The translations under genes were made by a program, and so were the position numbers. From assembly GCA_002269645.1 (NCBI GenBank), contig NIVC01001121.1:239807-303806 (forward strand): 64,000 nt of DNA, read 5' to 3'. Shown here one piece after another: positions 1 through 12,628 of this stretch (the first letter of the stretch is position 1; every line of letters begins with the position of its first letter). Below the pieces are notes generated by a model. The model ran no database searches. It saw only the letters and a list, made by a program, of their open reading frames with translations, and was not told the DNA's origin. This DNA comes from Macrostomum lignano (lineage: Eukaryota).

Positions 1-695
1 GGATTCAACCTGTTAGATAAGGACTCAACCTGTTAGATAAAGACTTAACCTGTTAGATAAGGATTCAACCTGTTAGATAAGGATTCAACCTGTTAGACAA
101 GGATATTCAACCTGTTAGATAAGGATTCAGCCTGTTAGATAAGGATTCAACCTGTTAGATAAGGATTCAACCTGTTAGACACCAGAAACACCTGTTAGAC
201 ACCAGCAACACCTGTTAGACACCAGAAACACCTGTTAAACACCAGAAACAACTGTTAGACACCAGAAACACCTGTTAGACACCAGCAACACCTGTTAGAC
301 ACCAGAAACACCTGTTAAACACCAGAAACACCTGTTAAACACCAGAAACACGTGTTAGACACCAGCAACACGTGTTAGACACCAGAAACACCTGTTAGAC
401 ACCAGAAACACCTGTTAAACACCAGAAACACCTGTTAGACACCAGCAACACGTGTTAGACACCAGCAAAACCTGCTAGACACCAGTTTCACATGTTAAAC
501 ACCGAATTCACCTGTTAGACATCAGTTTCACCTGTTAGACACCAGTTTCACCTGTTAGACACCAGTTTCACCTGTTAGACACCAGTTTCACCTGTTAGAC
601 ACCAGTTTCACCTGTTAGACACCAGTTGCACCTGTTAGACACCAGTTTTACCTGTTAGACATCAGTTTTACCTGTTAGACACCAGCCTCACCTGT
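1..695. repeat. Two adjacent 20-bp minisatellites (GGATTCAACCTGTTAGATAA, then ACCAGAAACACCTGTTAGAC variants), intronic
   Basis: Tandem units read directly; both share the core ACCTGTTAGA; array ends ~35 bp before the acceptor at 730. Confidence 0.95.
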
Positions 696-730
696 TAGCC
701 AGGTTTAAGCCCCTCAATTAAAACTTGCAG

Positions 731-916
731 ACTGAAAGCAAAATCTTTCTTGGAGACGACTTCCTGAGCCGGCTGCTCGCCAGGTGCAACTGTGACTTCG
801 TGCGCGCCTCGGAGCGCCTGACGGTGGCCCGGACTGTGCACCAGAAGTACACCTTGGATACCAGCGTGTCCTGCAAGGTGTGCACTCAACGGCCTGGATT
901 TCACAGCTTCCGTCAG
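731..916 (+). CDS. CRAL-TRIO/Sec14-like lipid-binding protein, internal exon (5' end outside window)
   Basis: ttgcag|ACT acceptor and CAG|gtgagc donor; 62 codons (DDFLSRLLARCNCDF...CKVCTQRPGFHSFRQ), phase 0, joins in frame to VGFD of the next exon. Confidence 0.8.
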
Positions 917-1009
917 GTGAGCTATGATTTATGACTTAGCTAGTGCACTGGCTTGTAAACCTTATTGTTTTTTTACATGATTTCGCTGCTTTAAGATCCC
1001 ATTCGGTTT

Positions 1010-1915
1010 ATGATCCCATCCAGTTTATGATCCCATCCAGTTTATGATCCCATCCAGTTTATGATCCCATCCAGTTTATGATCCCATCCAGTTTATGATC
1101 CCATCCATTTTATGACCATATCTGGTTTATGATCCCATCCAGTTTAAGATCATACCCAGTTTATGATCCCATCCAGTTTATGATCCCATCCAGTTTATGA
1201 TCCCATCCAGTTTATGATCCCATCCAGTTTATGATCCCATCCAGTTTATGATCCCATCCAGTTTATGATCCCATCCAGTTTATGATCCCATCCATTTTAT
1301 GACCATATCCGGTTTATGATCCCATCCAGTTTAAGATCATACCCAGTTTATGATCCCATCCATTTTATGACCATATCCGGTTTATGATCCCATCCAGTTT
1401 AAGATCATACCCAGTTTATGATCCCATCCAGTTTATGATCCCATCCAGTTTATGATCATATCCAGTTTATGATCATATCCAGTTTATGATCCCATCCAGT
1501 TTATGATCCCATCCAGTTTATGATCCCATCCAGTTTATGATCCTATCCAGTTTATGATCCCATCCAGTTTATGATCCCATCCAGTTTATGATCCCATCCA
1601 GTTTATGATCATATCCAGTTTATGATCATATCCAGTTTATGATTCCATCCAGTTTATGATCATATCCGGTTTATGATCCCATCCAGTTTATGATCCCATC
1701 CAGTTTATGATCATATCCAGTTTATGACCATTTAATTTATGATCCCATCCAGTTTGTGATCCCGTCAAGTTTATGATCTCATTAAGTTTATGATCCCATC
1801 GAATTTATGATCCCATCCAGTTTATGATCCCATCCAGTTTATGATCCCATCCAGTTTGTGATCCTGTCGAGTTTATGATCTTATTAAGTTTATGATGCCA
1901 TCCAGTTTGTGACTC
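1010..1915. repeat. 17-bp minisatellite (GTTTATGATCCCATCCA), intronic
   Basis: Tandem units visible. Confidence 0.95.
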
Positions 1916-1999
1916 GACATCTAGTCGAAACTAGTTTTTAACAATTTGATCCCATTTGTCCAATCGCATCCAACTCCCCTCATGGCATCTGAACTTCAG

Positions 2000-2286
2000 G
2001 TGGGCTTCGACCGCTGCGGTAAGCCAGTGCTGTACACCTGCCTTAATCAGGACTTTGAGACCGGCACCCAGCCCGAGCAGGTACGGGACTACCTGCTGCA
2101 CATGATTCTCATTGTCAAAGAGGCTGAAAAGACCATTCCTGAGAGCCAGCACTCTCTGGTATTGGTGTTCGACGCCACGGGTCTCGGCATGAATCACGTG
2201 CGCACGGACACCGTGTCGCAGTTTGGCGAAATCCTGCGCTACTTCCCCGCTAGAATGAGCTACGCATTAGTGCTTAACATGAGCAG
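2000..2286 (+). CDS. CRAL-TRIO/Sec14-like protein, core exon
   Basis: cttcag|GTG acceptor, AG|gtgagt donor (phase 2); VGFDRCGKPVLY...LVLVFDATGLGMNH...ILRYFPARMSYALVLN matches the Sec14 G.D..GRPV, D..G and YPER-like motifs. Confidence 0.88.
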
Positions 2287-2339
2287 GTGAGTGCTCAGGG
2301 CATCCGGGTTGGCGCTGTGGGAGTTTGTTCTCGAGGTGA

Positions 2340-5100
2340 ATTGAGTATCGAACAAGTAGATTGAGTATCGAACAAGTAGATTGAGTATCAAGCAGGTGGA
2401 TTGAGTATCAAACAGGTATAGATTGAGTATCAAACAAGTAGATTGAGTATCAAACAGGTGGATTGAGTATCAAACAGGTGGATTGAGTATCAAACAGGTA
2501 GATTGAGCATCAAACAGGTAGATTGAGTATCAAACAGGTAGATTGAGTATCAAACAGGTAGATTGAGTATCAAACAGGTAGATTGAGCATCAAACAGGTG
2601 GATTGAGTATCAAACAGGTAGATTGAGTATCAAGCAGGTGGATTGAGTATCAAACAGGTATAGATTGAGTATCAAACAAGTAGATTGAGTATCAAACAGG
2701 TGGATTGAGTATCAAACAGGTGGATTGAGTATCAAACAGGTAGATTGAGCATCAAACAGGTAGATTGAGTATCAAACAGGTAGATTGAGTATCAAACAGG
2801 TAGATTGAGCATCAAACAGGTGGATTGAGCATCAAACAGGTAGATTGAGTATCAAACAGGTAGATTGAGTATCAAACAGGTGGATTGAGTATCAAACAGG
2901 TAGATTGAGTATCAAACAGGTGGATTGAGTATCAAACAGGTGGATTGAGTATCAAACAGGTAGATTGAGTATCAAACAGGTAGATTGAGTATCGAACAGG
3001 TGGATTGAGTATCAAACAGGTGGATTGAGTATCAAACAGGTGGATTGAGTATCGAACAGGTAGATTGAGTATCAAACAGGTAGATTGAGTATCGAACGGG
3101 TAGATTGAGTATCGAACAGGTAGATTGAGTATCAAACAGGTAAATTGAGTATCGAACAGGTAGATTGAGTATCGAACAGGTAGATTGAGTATCAAACAGG
3201 TAGATTGAGTATCAAACAGGTAGATTGAGTATCGAACAGGTAGATTGAGTATCGAACAGGTAGATTGAGTATCGAACAGGTAGATTGAGTATCAAACAGG
3301 TAGATTGAGTATCAAACAAGTAGATTGAGTATCAAACAGGTGGATTGAGTATCAAACAGGTAGATTGAGTATCGAACAGGTGGATTGAGTATCGAAACAG
3401 GTAAATTGAGTATCGAACAGGTAGATTGAGTATCGAACAGGTAGATTGAGTATCGAACAGGTAGATTGAGTATCAAACAGGTAGATTGAGTATCGAACAG
3501 GTAGATTGAGTATCGAACAGGTAGATTGAGTATCGAACAGGTAGATTGAGTATCAAACAGGTAGATTGAGTATCGAACAAGTAGATTGAGTATCAAGCAG
3601 GTGGATTGAGTGTCAAACAGGTATAGATTGAGTATCAAACAGGTGGATTGAGTATCAAACAGGTGGATTGAGTATCAAACAGGTAGATTGAGTATCAAAC
3701 AAGTAGATTGAGTATCGAACAAGTAGATTGAGTATCAAACAAGTAGATTGAGTATCAAACAGGTAGATTGAGTATCAAACAGGTGGATTGAGCATCAAAC
3801 AGGTAGATTGAGTATCAAACAGGTAGATTGAGCATCAAACAGGTAGATTGAGTATCAAACAGGTAGATTGAGCATCAAACAGGTGGATTGAGCATCAAAC
3901 AGGTAGATTGAGTATCAAACAGGTGGATTGAGCATCAAACAGGTAGATTGAGTATCAAACAGGTAGATTGAGTATCAAACAGGTAGATTGAGTATCGAAC
4001 AGGTAGATTGAGTATCAAACAGGTAGATTGAGTATCGAACAAGTAGATTGAGTATCAAGCAGGTGGATTGAGTGTCAAACAGGTATAGATTGAGTATCAA
4101 ACAGGTGGATTGAGTATCAAACAGGTGGATTGAGTATCAAACAGGTAGATTGAGTATCAAACAAGTAGATTGAGTATCGAACAAGTAGATTGAGTATCAA
4201 ACAAGTAGATTGAGTATCAAACAGGTAGATTGAGTATCAAACAGGTGGATTGAGCATCAAACAGGTAGATTGAGTATCAAACAGGTAGATTGAGCATCAA
4301 ACAGGTAGATTGAGTATCAAACAGGTAGATTGAGCATCAAACAGGTAGATTGAGCATCAAACAGGTAGATTGAGTATCAAACAGGTGGATTGAGCATCAA
4401 ACAGGTAGATTGAGTATCAAACAGGTAGATTGAGTATCAAACAGGTAGATTGAGTATCAAACAGGTAGATTGAGTATCGAACGGGTAGATTGAGTATCGA
4501 ACAGGTAGATTGAGTATCAAACAGGTAAATTGAGTATCGAACAGGTAGATTGAGTATCGAACAGGTAGATTGAGTATCGAACAGGTAGATTGAGTATCAA
4601 ACAGGTAGATTGAGTATCGAACAGGTAGATTGAGTATCGAACAGGTAGATTGAGTATCGAACAGGTAGATTGAGTATCAAACAGGTAGATTGAGTATCAA
4701 ACAAGTAGATTGAGTATCAAACAGGTGGATTGAGTATCAAACAGGTAGATTGAGTATCGAACAGGTGGATTGAGTATCGAAACAGGTAAATTGAGTATCG
4801 AAACAGGTAAATTGAGTATCGAACAGGTAGATTGAGTATCGAACAGGTAGATTGAGTATCGAACAGGTAGATTGAGTGTCGAACAGGTAGATTGAGTGTC
4901 GAACAGGTAGACTGAGTGTCGAACAGGTAGATTGAGTATCGAACAGGTAGATTGAGTATTGAACAGGTAGATTGAGTATCGAACAGGTAGATTGAGTGTC
5001 GAACAGGTAGATTGAGTGTCGAACAGGTAGACTGAGTGTCGAACAGGTAGATTGAGTATCGAACAGGTAGATTGAGTATTGAACAGGTAGATTGAGCATC
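2340..5100. repeat. 20-bp minisatellite (GATTGAGTATCAAACAGGTA), ~2.8 kb, intronic
   Basis: Tandem units; explains the spurious minus-strand ORFs at 2932-5102. Confidence 0.97.
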
Positions 5101-5180
5101 ACAGGGGCATTGACTCTTATGCAGTTATTGAGCCAGCAATTAAAGCTCTACTCTTCAAACCATATTTATCAACTCTGCAG

Positions 5181-5478
5181 GGTGACCCGATTCCTGCTGA
5201 AGCCCATCATCCACCTGACGGGGCACCAGGATGATGTAGTCCTACTGCCCAGCGGCAACCTGGAGCCCCAACTATCCGAGTGCTTCGACGCCCCCCTCGC
5301 CCGCTGGATGACGCGCGAGTCGGAGCGCAACGAGACGGCCCGGATGCCGTTCTGGTCTGCGCCAGAGGACTCGTCAGGTGCCGCTCACGATCCCAGAGGC
5401 GAGCCGGCCTACGTCAATAATTTCGTGAAGCGCCGGCACCCGTGCGGCCATCGGCCTCACCCTTCCATCGTGACCTGA
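5181..5478 (+). CDS. CRAL-TRIO/Sec14-like protein, terminal exon
   Basis: ctgcag|G acceptor is phase-compatible with the previous exon (R-VTRFLLKPII...); TGA at 5476-5478. Confidence 0.8.
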
Positions 5479-5634
5479 GAGTTCACCTCGCTTCTAAACA
5501 CTTTATAACAAAAGTTTACTTTTGGTTGGGAGTGAATTAATTGGAATTTGTTTTCAAATACAGAAACTCTTGCGACGACATCGGTGTGCCAAATCAATTA
5601 TGTCAGCTGCTTTCGAGTGCGGTTGTTTCGTGTG

Positions 5635-8270
5635 CCAGTTGTTGGAGGTGTGCCAGTTGTTGTGAGGTGTGTCAGTTGTTGTGAGGTGTGTCAGTTGTTG
5701 TGAGGTGTGCCAGTTGTTGTGAGGTGTGTCAGTTGTTGTGAGGTGTGTCAGTTGTTGTGAGGTGTGCCAGTTGTTGTGAGGTGTGTCAGTTGTTGTGAGA
5801 TGTGTCAGTTGTGAGGTGTGTCAGTTGTTGTGAGATGTGTCAGTTGTGAGGTGTGTCAGTTGTTGTGAGGTGTGGCAGTTGTTGTGAGTTGTGTCAGTTG
5901 TTGTGAGGTGTGCCAGTTGTTGTGAGGTGTGCCAGTTGTTGTGAGGTGTGCCAGTTGTTGTGAGGTGTGTCAGTTGTTGTGAGGTGTGCCAGTTGTTGTG
6001 AGGTGTGCCAGTTGTTGTGAGGTGTGCCAGTTGTTGTGAGGTGTGCCAGTTGTTGTGAGGTGTGCCAGTTGTTGTGAGGTGTGTCAGTTGTTGTGAGGTG
6101 TGCCAGTTGTTGTGAGGTGTGCCAGTTGTTGTGAGGTGTGTTAGTTGGTTGTTGTGAGGTGTGGCAGTTGTTGTGAGGTGTGTCAGTTGTTGTAAGGTGT
6201 GCCAGTTGTTGTGAGGTGTGCCAGTTGTTGTGAGGTGTGCCAGTTGTTTTGAGGTGTGTCAGTTGTTGTGAGGTGTGGCAGTTGTTGTGAGGTGTGGCAG
6301 TTGTTGTGAGGTGTGGCAGTTGTTGTGAGGTGTGTCAGTTGTTGTGAGATGTGTCAGTTGTGAGGTGTGTCAGTTGTTGTGAGATGTGTCAGTTGTGAGG
6401 TGTGTCAGTTGTTGTGAGGTGTGTCAGTTGTTGTGAGGTGTGTCAGTTGTTGTGAGGTGTGCCAGTTGTTTTGAGGTGTGTCAGTTGTTGTGAGGTGTGG
6501 CAGTTGTTGTGAGGTGTGGCAGTTGTTGTGAGGTGTGTCAGTTGTTGTGAGATGTGTCAGTTGTGAGGTGTGTCAGTTGTTGTGAGGTGTGTCAGTTGTT
6601 GTGAGGTGTGTCAGTTGTTGTGAGGTGTGCCAGTTGTTTTGAGGTGTGTCAGTTGTTGTGAGGTGTGGCAGTTGTTGTGAGGTGTGGCAGTTGTTGTGAG
6701 GTGTGTCAGTTGTTGTGAGGTGTGTCAGTTCTTGTGAGGTGTGGCAGTTGTTGTGAGGTGCATCAGTTGTGAGGTGTGTCAGTTGTGAGGTGTGTCAGTT
6801 GTTGTGAGGTGTGTCAATTGTTGTGAGGTGTGTCAGTTGTTGTGAGGTGTGTCAATTGTTGTGAGGTGTGTCAGTTGTTGTGAGGTGTGTCAATTGTTGT
6901 GAGGTGTGTCAGTTGTTGTGAGGTGTGTCAATTGTTGTGAGGTGTGTCAGTTGTTGTGAGGTGTGTTAGTTGTTGTGAGGTGTGTTAGTTGTTGTGAGGT
7001 GTGTCAGTTGTTGTGAGGTGTGCCAGTTGTTGTGAGATGTGTCAATTGTTGTGAGGTGTGTCAATTGTTGTGAGATGTGTCAGTTGTGAGGTGTGTCAGT
7101 TGTTGTGAGATGTGTCAATTGTTGTGACGTGTGTCAGTTGTTGTGAGGTGTGTCAGTTTTTGTGAGATGTTCCATTAGTTGTGAGGTGTGTCAGTTGTTG
7201 TGACGTGTGCCAGTTGTTGTGAGGTGTGTCAGTTGTTGTGGGGTGTGTCACTTGTTGTGACGTGTGCCAGTTGTTGTGAAATGTGCCAGTAGTTGAGGTG
7301 TGTTAGTTGTTGTGAGGTGTGCCAGTTGTTGTGAGGTGTGTCAATTGTTGTGACGTGTATCAGTTGTTGTGAGGTGTGTCAGTTTTTGTGAGATGTTCCA
7401 TTAGTTGTGAGGTGTGTCAGTTGTTGTGAGGTGCATCAGTTGTTGTGAGGTGTGTCAGTTTTTGTGAGATGTTCCATTAGTTGTGAGGTGTGTCAGTTGT
7501 TGTGACGTGTGCCAGTTGTTGTGAGGTGTGTCAGTTGTTGTGGGGTGTGTCACTTGTTGTGACGTGTGCCAGTTGTTGTGAAATGTGCCAGTAGTTGAGG
7601 TGTGTTAGTTGTTGTGAGGTGTGCCAGTTGTTGTGAGGTGTGTCAGTTGTTGTGAGGTGTGTCAGTTGTGAGGTGTGTCAGTTGTTGTGAGGTGTGTCAG
7701 TTGTTGTGAGGTGTGTCAGTTGTTGTGAAGTGTGGCAGTTGTTGTGAGGTGTGGCAGTTGTTGTGAGGTGTGGCAGTTGTTGTGAAGTGTGGCAGTTGTT
7801 GTGAGGTGTGTCAGTTGTTGTGACGTGTGCCAGTTGTTGTGAGGTGTGTCAGTTGTTGTGGGGTGTGTCACTTGTTGTGACGTGTGCCAGTTGTTGTGAA
7901 ATGTGCCAGTAGTTGAGGTGTGTTAGTTGTTGTGAGGTGTGCCAGTTGTTGTGAGGTGTGTCAGTTGTTGTGAGGTGTGTCAGTTGTGAGGTGTGTCAGT
8001 TGTTGTGAGGTGTGTCAGTTGTTGTGAGGTGTGTCAGTTGTTGTGAAGTGTGGCAGTTGTTGTGAGGTGTGGCAGTTGTTGTGAGGTGTGTCAGTTGTTG
8101 TGAGGTGTGTCAGTTGTTGTGAGGTGTGTCAGTTGTTGTGAAGTTTGGCAGTTGTTGTGAGGTGTGTTAGTTGTTGTGAGGTGTGTCAGTTGTTGTGAAG
8201 TGTATCAGTTGTGAGGTGTATTATTAGTTGTTGGTTGTCAGGTGTGTCAGTTTTTTCCAGGTGTCAGTTT
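5635..8270. repeat. 19-bp GT-rich minisatellite (GTTGTTGTGAGGTGTGTCA)
   Basis: Tandem units with internal block duplications. Confidence 0.97.
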
Positions 8271-9417
8271 TTGTCAGGTTTTTGAGAAGTGGTTCAGCGA
8301 GGTTTAACAGTCTCACAAGGCTTACGCTCACATGCTTGTATTAGGAAGAATTCTACAGCTAAACAAACATGGACTTTTAATCATATTACGTCACGTCGGT
8401 TGAAGACGTTTTAAGCGCGCATTTCAAGCGTAAATAGAAATGGCTGTGCAATTAGTAGGCGTGAGTAAAGTTTTAATCTAACCTTTACAAATAAACCATG
8501 GTACAGTTGGCAAATCAGCAAGATAAAAACGCTTCAGATAGCCAAGTACACCTGCATACACTGTAATAGGTGACTAATGAGAGTTAAAATTATAGCAAAC
8601 TCTGACCAGAAGACAGAATTGGAGCTGGCACACATTTCCCTGTGAGCAAAAGCGCATTGTATGCAGTATACAATAAAATCGGCACTGGGATTTGGCATTC
8701 CCTATACGCGATCGCTTACAGAAAAAGTTGAAAAATACATGCAGTTCATCGTCAGACTTGAAAAGGGATCGATTAAATAAGTTGTTGATGATTAAAACCA
8801 AAGAAGTTACCAAGGACAACTTAACAACAGTTGTTAAGTAGTCCTTGGAAGTTACACTTAGGCAACATGATGGATATTTTACATCACACGGGTGTCAATA
8901 AGTACTCGAACACATTGGGTAGCTTAGTGGCAGGTGTTGTATCTCTCATAGCTCCAATCAAATAACGTTATACTGCAGATTTAAACTGACGTCATTAATA
9001 GCATTATTCTGTTAATTCATAAATTATAATAGAGTAATATAATCGAGAATTTGATTCTTCGTTAATGCGCAGAAAAATGGACAGACAGTATAAGTGCTAA
9101 CTCTCGATCGACCAGAGAAAAGAAACAGCACGATACCCTGGTAGCAATTGCATTCCGTGTTAAAAATGACAAGTTCAAGTCACAAAAAATGGGTCTATAT
9201 TCGCGGTTTAATTACCAAAAATTTTAGTAGATTCGAAAATGAATTACAATGAATTATCACTTTTCAGTTTTTACAAGCAGTTCAGAAAGGCGCATATACA
9301 AGACGGAGACTGTATGTACTTCATAGAACAATTGCAAAACATAGGTGATTATGCTACCGGTATAAACCATTTGCAGGGTGATTATAACCGTTACGTCACC
9401 GCAGGTCACCCATGGTT

Positions 9418-10140
9418 TCAGCAGCTGACTGGCGCAGAGTCTCGCAACGATTCAGTTGACGCAGGCGTCGCCGCCGCTGTTCTGTCAGCTGCAGAGTCTT
9501 CTCCAACAGAGACGTCATCTATGGATGTCTGCTGAAGTGCTGGCTGCTGTTGCAGTTGCTCCTGTTGTGAGGGCGGCTGCTGCTGCTGCGATGCCGCGGC
9601 AGTATCAACACCAGATGGAGGCTCCGGCTGTTCCGGTATCGCCTCCGCGTCTGCCGCTGCTGCCGCTGCTCCAGCGGCCGATCCCGCGGACGTGGCTGCC
9701 TGCGCGGCGGCAGGCCGAACCCTGTCCCGACGAAGGCTGCCGGCGCTGCGCGACAGCCGACGACTCGACGCCCGACGGAAGCTGCGAAACGATCGAAACG
9801 AGGAGCCGAGCGAGCCGCAGTCGGCCGTGTCCTCGTCGACGCTGCCGGCTTCGGCGTCGCCGTTGCTCGGCTTCTTGGAGTCGCCGCCGCGGGCGTAGAA
9901 CCGCTTAGCTATCGATGACTTTCGCTCCGGAGTGCAGAAGCAGCGGTTGCACCAGCAGCCCAGGCCGGCCAGGAGCAGCAGCAGCAGGCTGGCGCACAGG
10001 AGCCCGATGCCAGCAGCAGTCTGCGAGGCGATCCCCTTCGAGTCGCCGTTGCCCCACAGGCTGCCACCAACGATGAGAGAGACTGCCCCCAGCAGTGACA
10101 GCGCCATAATCACCGGGGTGCTTTCGTCGAGGCACAGCAT
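9418..10140 (-). CDS. Orphan 240-aa membrane protein: two N-terminal hydrophobic segments, Cys cluster, low-complexity tail
   Basis: GC-rich non-repetitive ORF; hydrophobic VIMALSLLGAVSLIVGGSLW and AAGIGLLCASLLLLLLAGLG followed by CWCNRCFC; polypyrimidine acceptor (ttcacccctccccatag) 4 nt before the ATG. Confidence 0.7.
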   Translation of the reverse strand: MLCLDESTPVIMALSLLGAVSLIVGGSLWGNGDSKGIASQTAAGIGLLCASLLLLLLAGLGCWCNRCFCTPERKSSIAKRFYARGGDSKKPSNGDAEAGSVDEDTADCGSLGSSFRSFRSFRRASSRRLSRSAGSLRRDRVRPAAAQAATSAGSAAGAAAAAADAEAIPEQPEPPSGVDTAAASQQQQPPSQQEQLQQQPALQQTSIDDVSVGEDSAADRTAAATPASTESLRDSAPVSC

Positions 10141-11159
10141 GTCTCTATGGGGAGGGGTGAATATAACGGCAATGCAGTTCCTTCAAGTTCTAAGAAGCAA
10201 ATCTATTATAAGCCGGAGAGACACGCCTAAATATGAGGCCATTTTCTTGTCCATTCATTGCTCATTGGTTCTGCAAGAAATCCAAGCAGTTGTTTTTGTT
10301 CCCCCCTACACCACTGCAGCGGGGCCGGGCGGCTATCAATCTCTGCTCAAAAACCGGAGAGGGTTGGAAAGATTGTAGAAAGATCTCAGAGAAGGCTTAT
10401 GACTAGGTGGTGCCACAAGATTCACTGCATTGTTGAGACAGAGAGAAGGGTAAGAGAGCTATAGTAGAGGAGAGAGAGAACTGTGCGTACTCAATTCATA
10501 CCTTTGCACGTACGTTCACTGCCTTCGGTATAATGTCAATTGTCAGAGCAGTTGGTGAAGGCATGAGGGATAAGCATTTTGTGTAAACAGCAACCCAAAA
10601 TTGCACCGAAATTGCGCGTTGTATACGGTCTGACGTCTGTAAGGCTTTAAGGTGGTACGCGGAGAGAGAGAGGGAGGAGGTGGAGAAATGACGAAGGCGG
10701 TTTTTGAGCACCCCAGGTTGTGGGACACGCTGACTAAGCTATATTGCAGACGCCCAGAGGGGTGCTATATGGACCGTAGACACAAAATGAAACCGTAGAT
10801 AGAATTGGCAGAAATATGAGTAAATTTTCGCAAGATTTGAGACCTCCGCGCAGCCCCAATGTACACAGTAACTCAGCACACAAAGAGTACCGTGTTATCA
10901 GTAACAGTACAGACTACAGACTAGTACAGTCTAGTGTCCCCCCTTCGGGGCAATAAGCAAGGAGCAAAAATCATTCATGCAAATCCATTAAAAGAAGCAC
11001 ATTTTTTTAAGAACCAATTCCTTCTTTTTTTTATGAATCACCTTATTCGATTAAAACTGTCATGAACAAAGATGCTCTGAGATTTTCAAGAGATTTTGAA
11101 TCTCTTGCTTCTAAAAGCAACAAAAGGAGGACAGAAAATAAAGCCCTCACAAAGATTAC

Positions 11160-11572
11160 AGACAAGCATCCCCCAGATAGCAAGCATCCCCCAGATAGCG
11201 AGCATCCCCCAGACCAGATAGCAAGCATCCCCAGATAGCAAGCATCCCCCAGATAGCAAGCATCCCCCAGATAGCAAGCAACCCCCAGATAGCAAGCATC
11301 CCCCAGATAGCAAGCAACCCCCAGATAGCAAGCATCCCCCAGATAGCAAGCATCCCCCAGATAGCAAGCATCCCCAGATAGCAAGCAACCCCCAAATAGC
11401 AAGCATCCCCCAGATAGCGAGCATCCCCCAGACCAGATAGCAAGCATCCCCAGATAGCAAGCATCCCCCAGATAGCAAGCATCCCCCAGATAGCAAACAT
11501 CCCCCAGATAGCAAGCATCCCCCAGATAGCAAGCATCCCCAGATTGCAAGCATCCCCCAGATAGCAAGTGAA
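11160..11572. repeat. 18-bp minisatellite (AGATAGCAAGCATCCCCC), left block
   Basis: Tandem units; same unit as 12629-12872. Confidence 0.95.
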
Positions 11573-11611
11573 ATAGATAGCGTTTTTCTCGGGGTGGCCT
11601 GGTAGGTCTTT

Positions 11612-11631
11612 GAATCCCACCGCTGCCACCA
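11612..11631 (-). other. Primer-binding site complementary to the 3' end of tRNA-Leu
   Basis: Plus strand GAATCCCACCGCTGCCACCA matches the 3' end plus CCA of eukaryotic tRNA-Leu(AAG) as recalled; lies 1 nt from the CA end of the adjacent LTR. Confidence 0.85.
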
Positions 11632-11632
11632 G

Positions 11633-12628
11633 TGAAGTACAATGGGTTTTCTTCCCGGTTTAGGCCCTTGCGGATTACCTTAATCTTGAGCCTCTTCAGT
11701 GGGAAGTTCTCTCAACTCTCTCAGTAGCGTAGGTAGTGCTGCCACCAGTTCCTTCAGGTCTCGGCCTTCGATGAGGTGAGCTTCCCGTCGGAACGAAATA
11801 AACAAGTCAACGAACTCAGCACAGTGTGCAGATTTGCAGATTAATGAACAAGGCGTCCTGATCAGCAGATCCCCGCCGGGCTCAGGGGTGGCTAGGAAGG
11901 CAGTGTTAGCCTCCCTTAGGCTTGGGCTTTAGTGGGGTCTCAGTCAGACCAGTACAAACGGATTCAGTACGCAAAGGGCACTTAGTTAGACACTGACGCA
12001 CACGGGTTCTTAGTGAATTCTCCGCAGATAAGAAGCCAAAATCCTTGACGGAAACAAGGGGAGAGGGGTCCTATTTATAGCCGGGAAACACCCACGCACA
12101 AGACCTCGTGACTTGTTCTATTTTTAGAACTGACGTCACTTGAGATCTCGAGGCAGGGTCTCAGTGCGCGCAAGACCTCGTGACTCGTTCTATTTTTAGA
12201 ACTGACGTCACTTGAGGTCTCCGGCCAGAGTACACGCGGCTGTGACTCAGTTGCTATTTTTAGCAACATGAGTCACTCCTCTCCTTAGAGAAGGGAGGGT
12301 TCCGAAAGCACGTGATTCTCCCGGTAAACAGGGCCAACGAGTGCAGTAAACATGTTTACTGCACTTTAGGACTCGAAGAACGCAGAGTCTGTCATGTGAC
12401 TTGCTCACATGACAGAGGAAAACGGGACGGGAACGAAACAGAGACAGCCCACAGCAGAGAAGCTGAGGGCTGAGAACAGAGACGCAGAAGGGCAGAACAG
12501 GCCAAGGGCAGCAACAGACGGGCCAAGGGGGGTGGGAAGCTGACCAGCGGCAGACAGCAACCCAGGGCGAGGGCGAGGGAGACTGCTGACAAAGTGGGAC
12601 GCCTAACATCAACTAGCGGATCACTACA
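11633..12628 (-). mobile_element. LTR (~996 bp) of a truncated LTR retrotransposon
   Basis: Minus-strand termini TGTAGT...ACTTCA (5/6 inverted match); TATAAATA at 12072-12079; upstream 72-bp-spaced repeats with TGACGTCA; PBS immediately downstream. Confidence 0.75.

Noticed and set aside
2340-5100. CRISPR-like regular repeats here and in other arrays
   Set aside because: Units are head-to-tail with no unique spacers; no cas genes; eukaryotic intron context
8700-8840. Peptide KKLKNTCSSSSDLKRDRLNKLLMIK resembling a hAT dimerisation-domain end
   Set aside because: Too short and degenerate; the upstream CER(S/G)FS motif and TIRs were not found
9239-9535. 98-aa plus-strand ORF
   Set aside because: Overlaps the 3' end of the better-supported minus-strand gene and has no recognisable motif
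11738-11750. Second PBS-like TGGTGGCAGC on the minus strand
   Set aside because: Only ~10 nt match tRNA-Leu and it is not preceded by a CA terminus; the site at 11612-11631 fits much better
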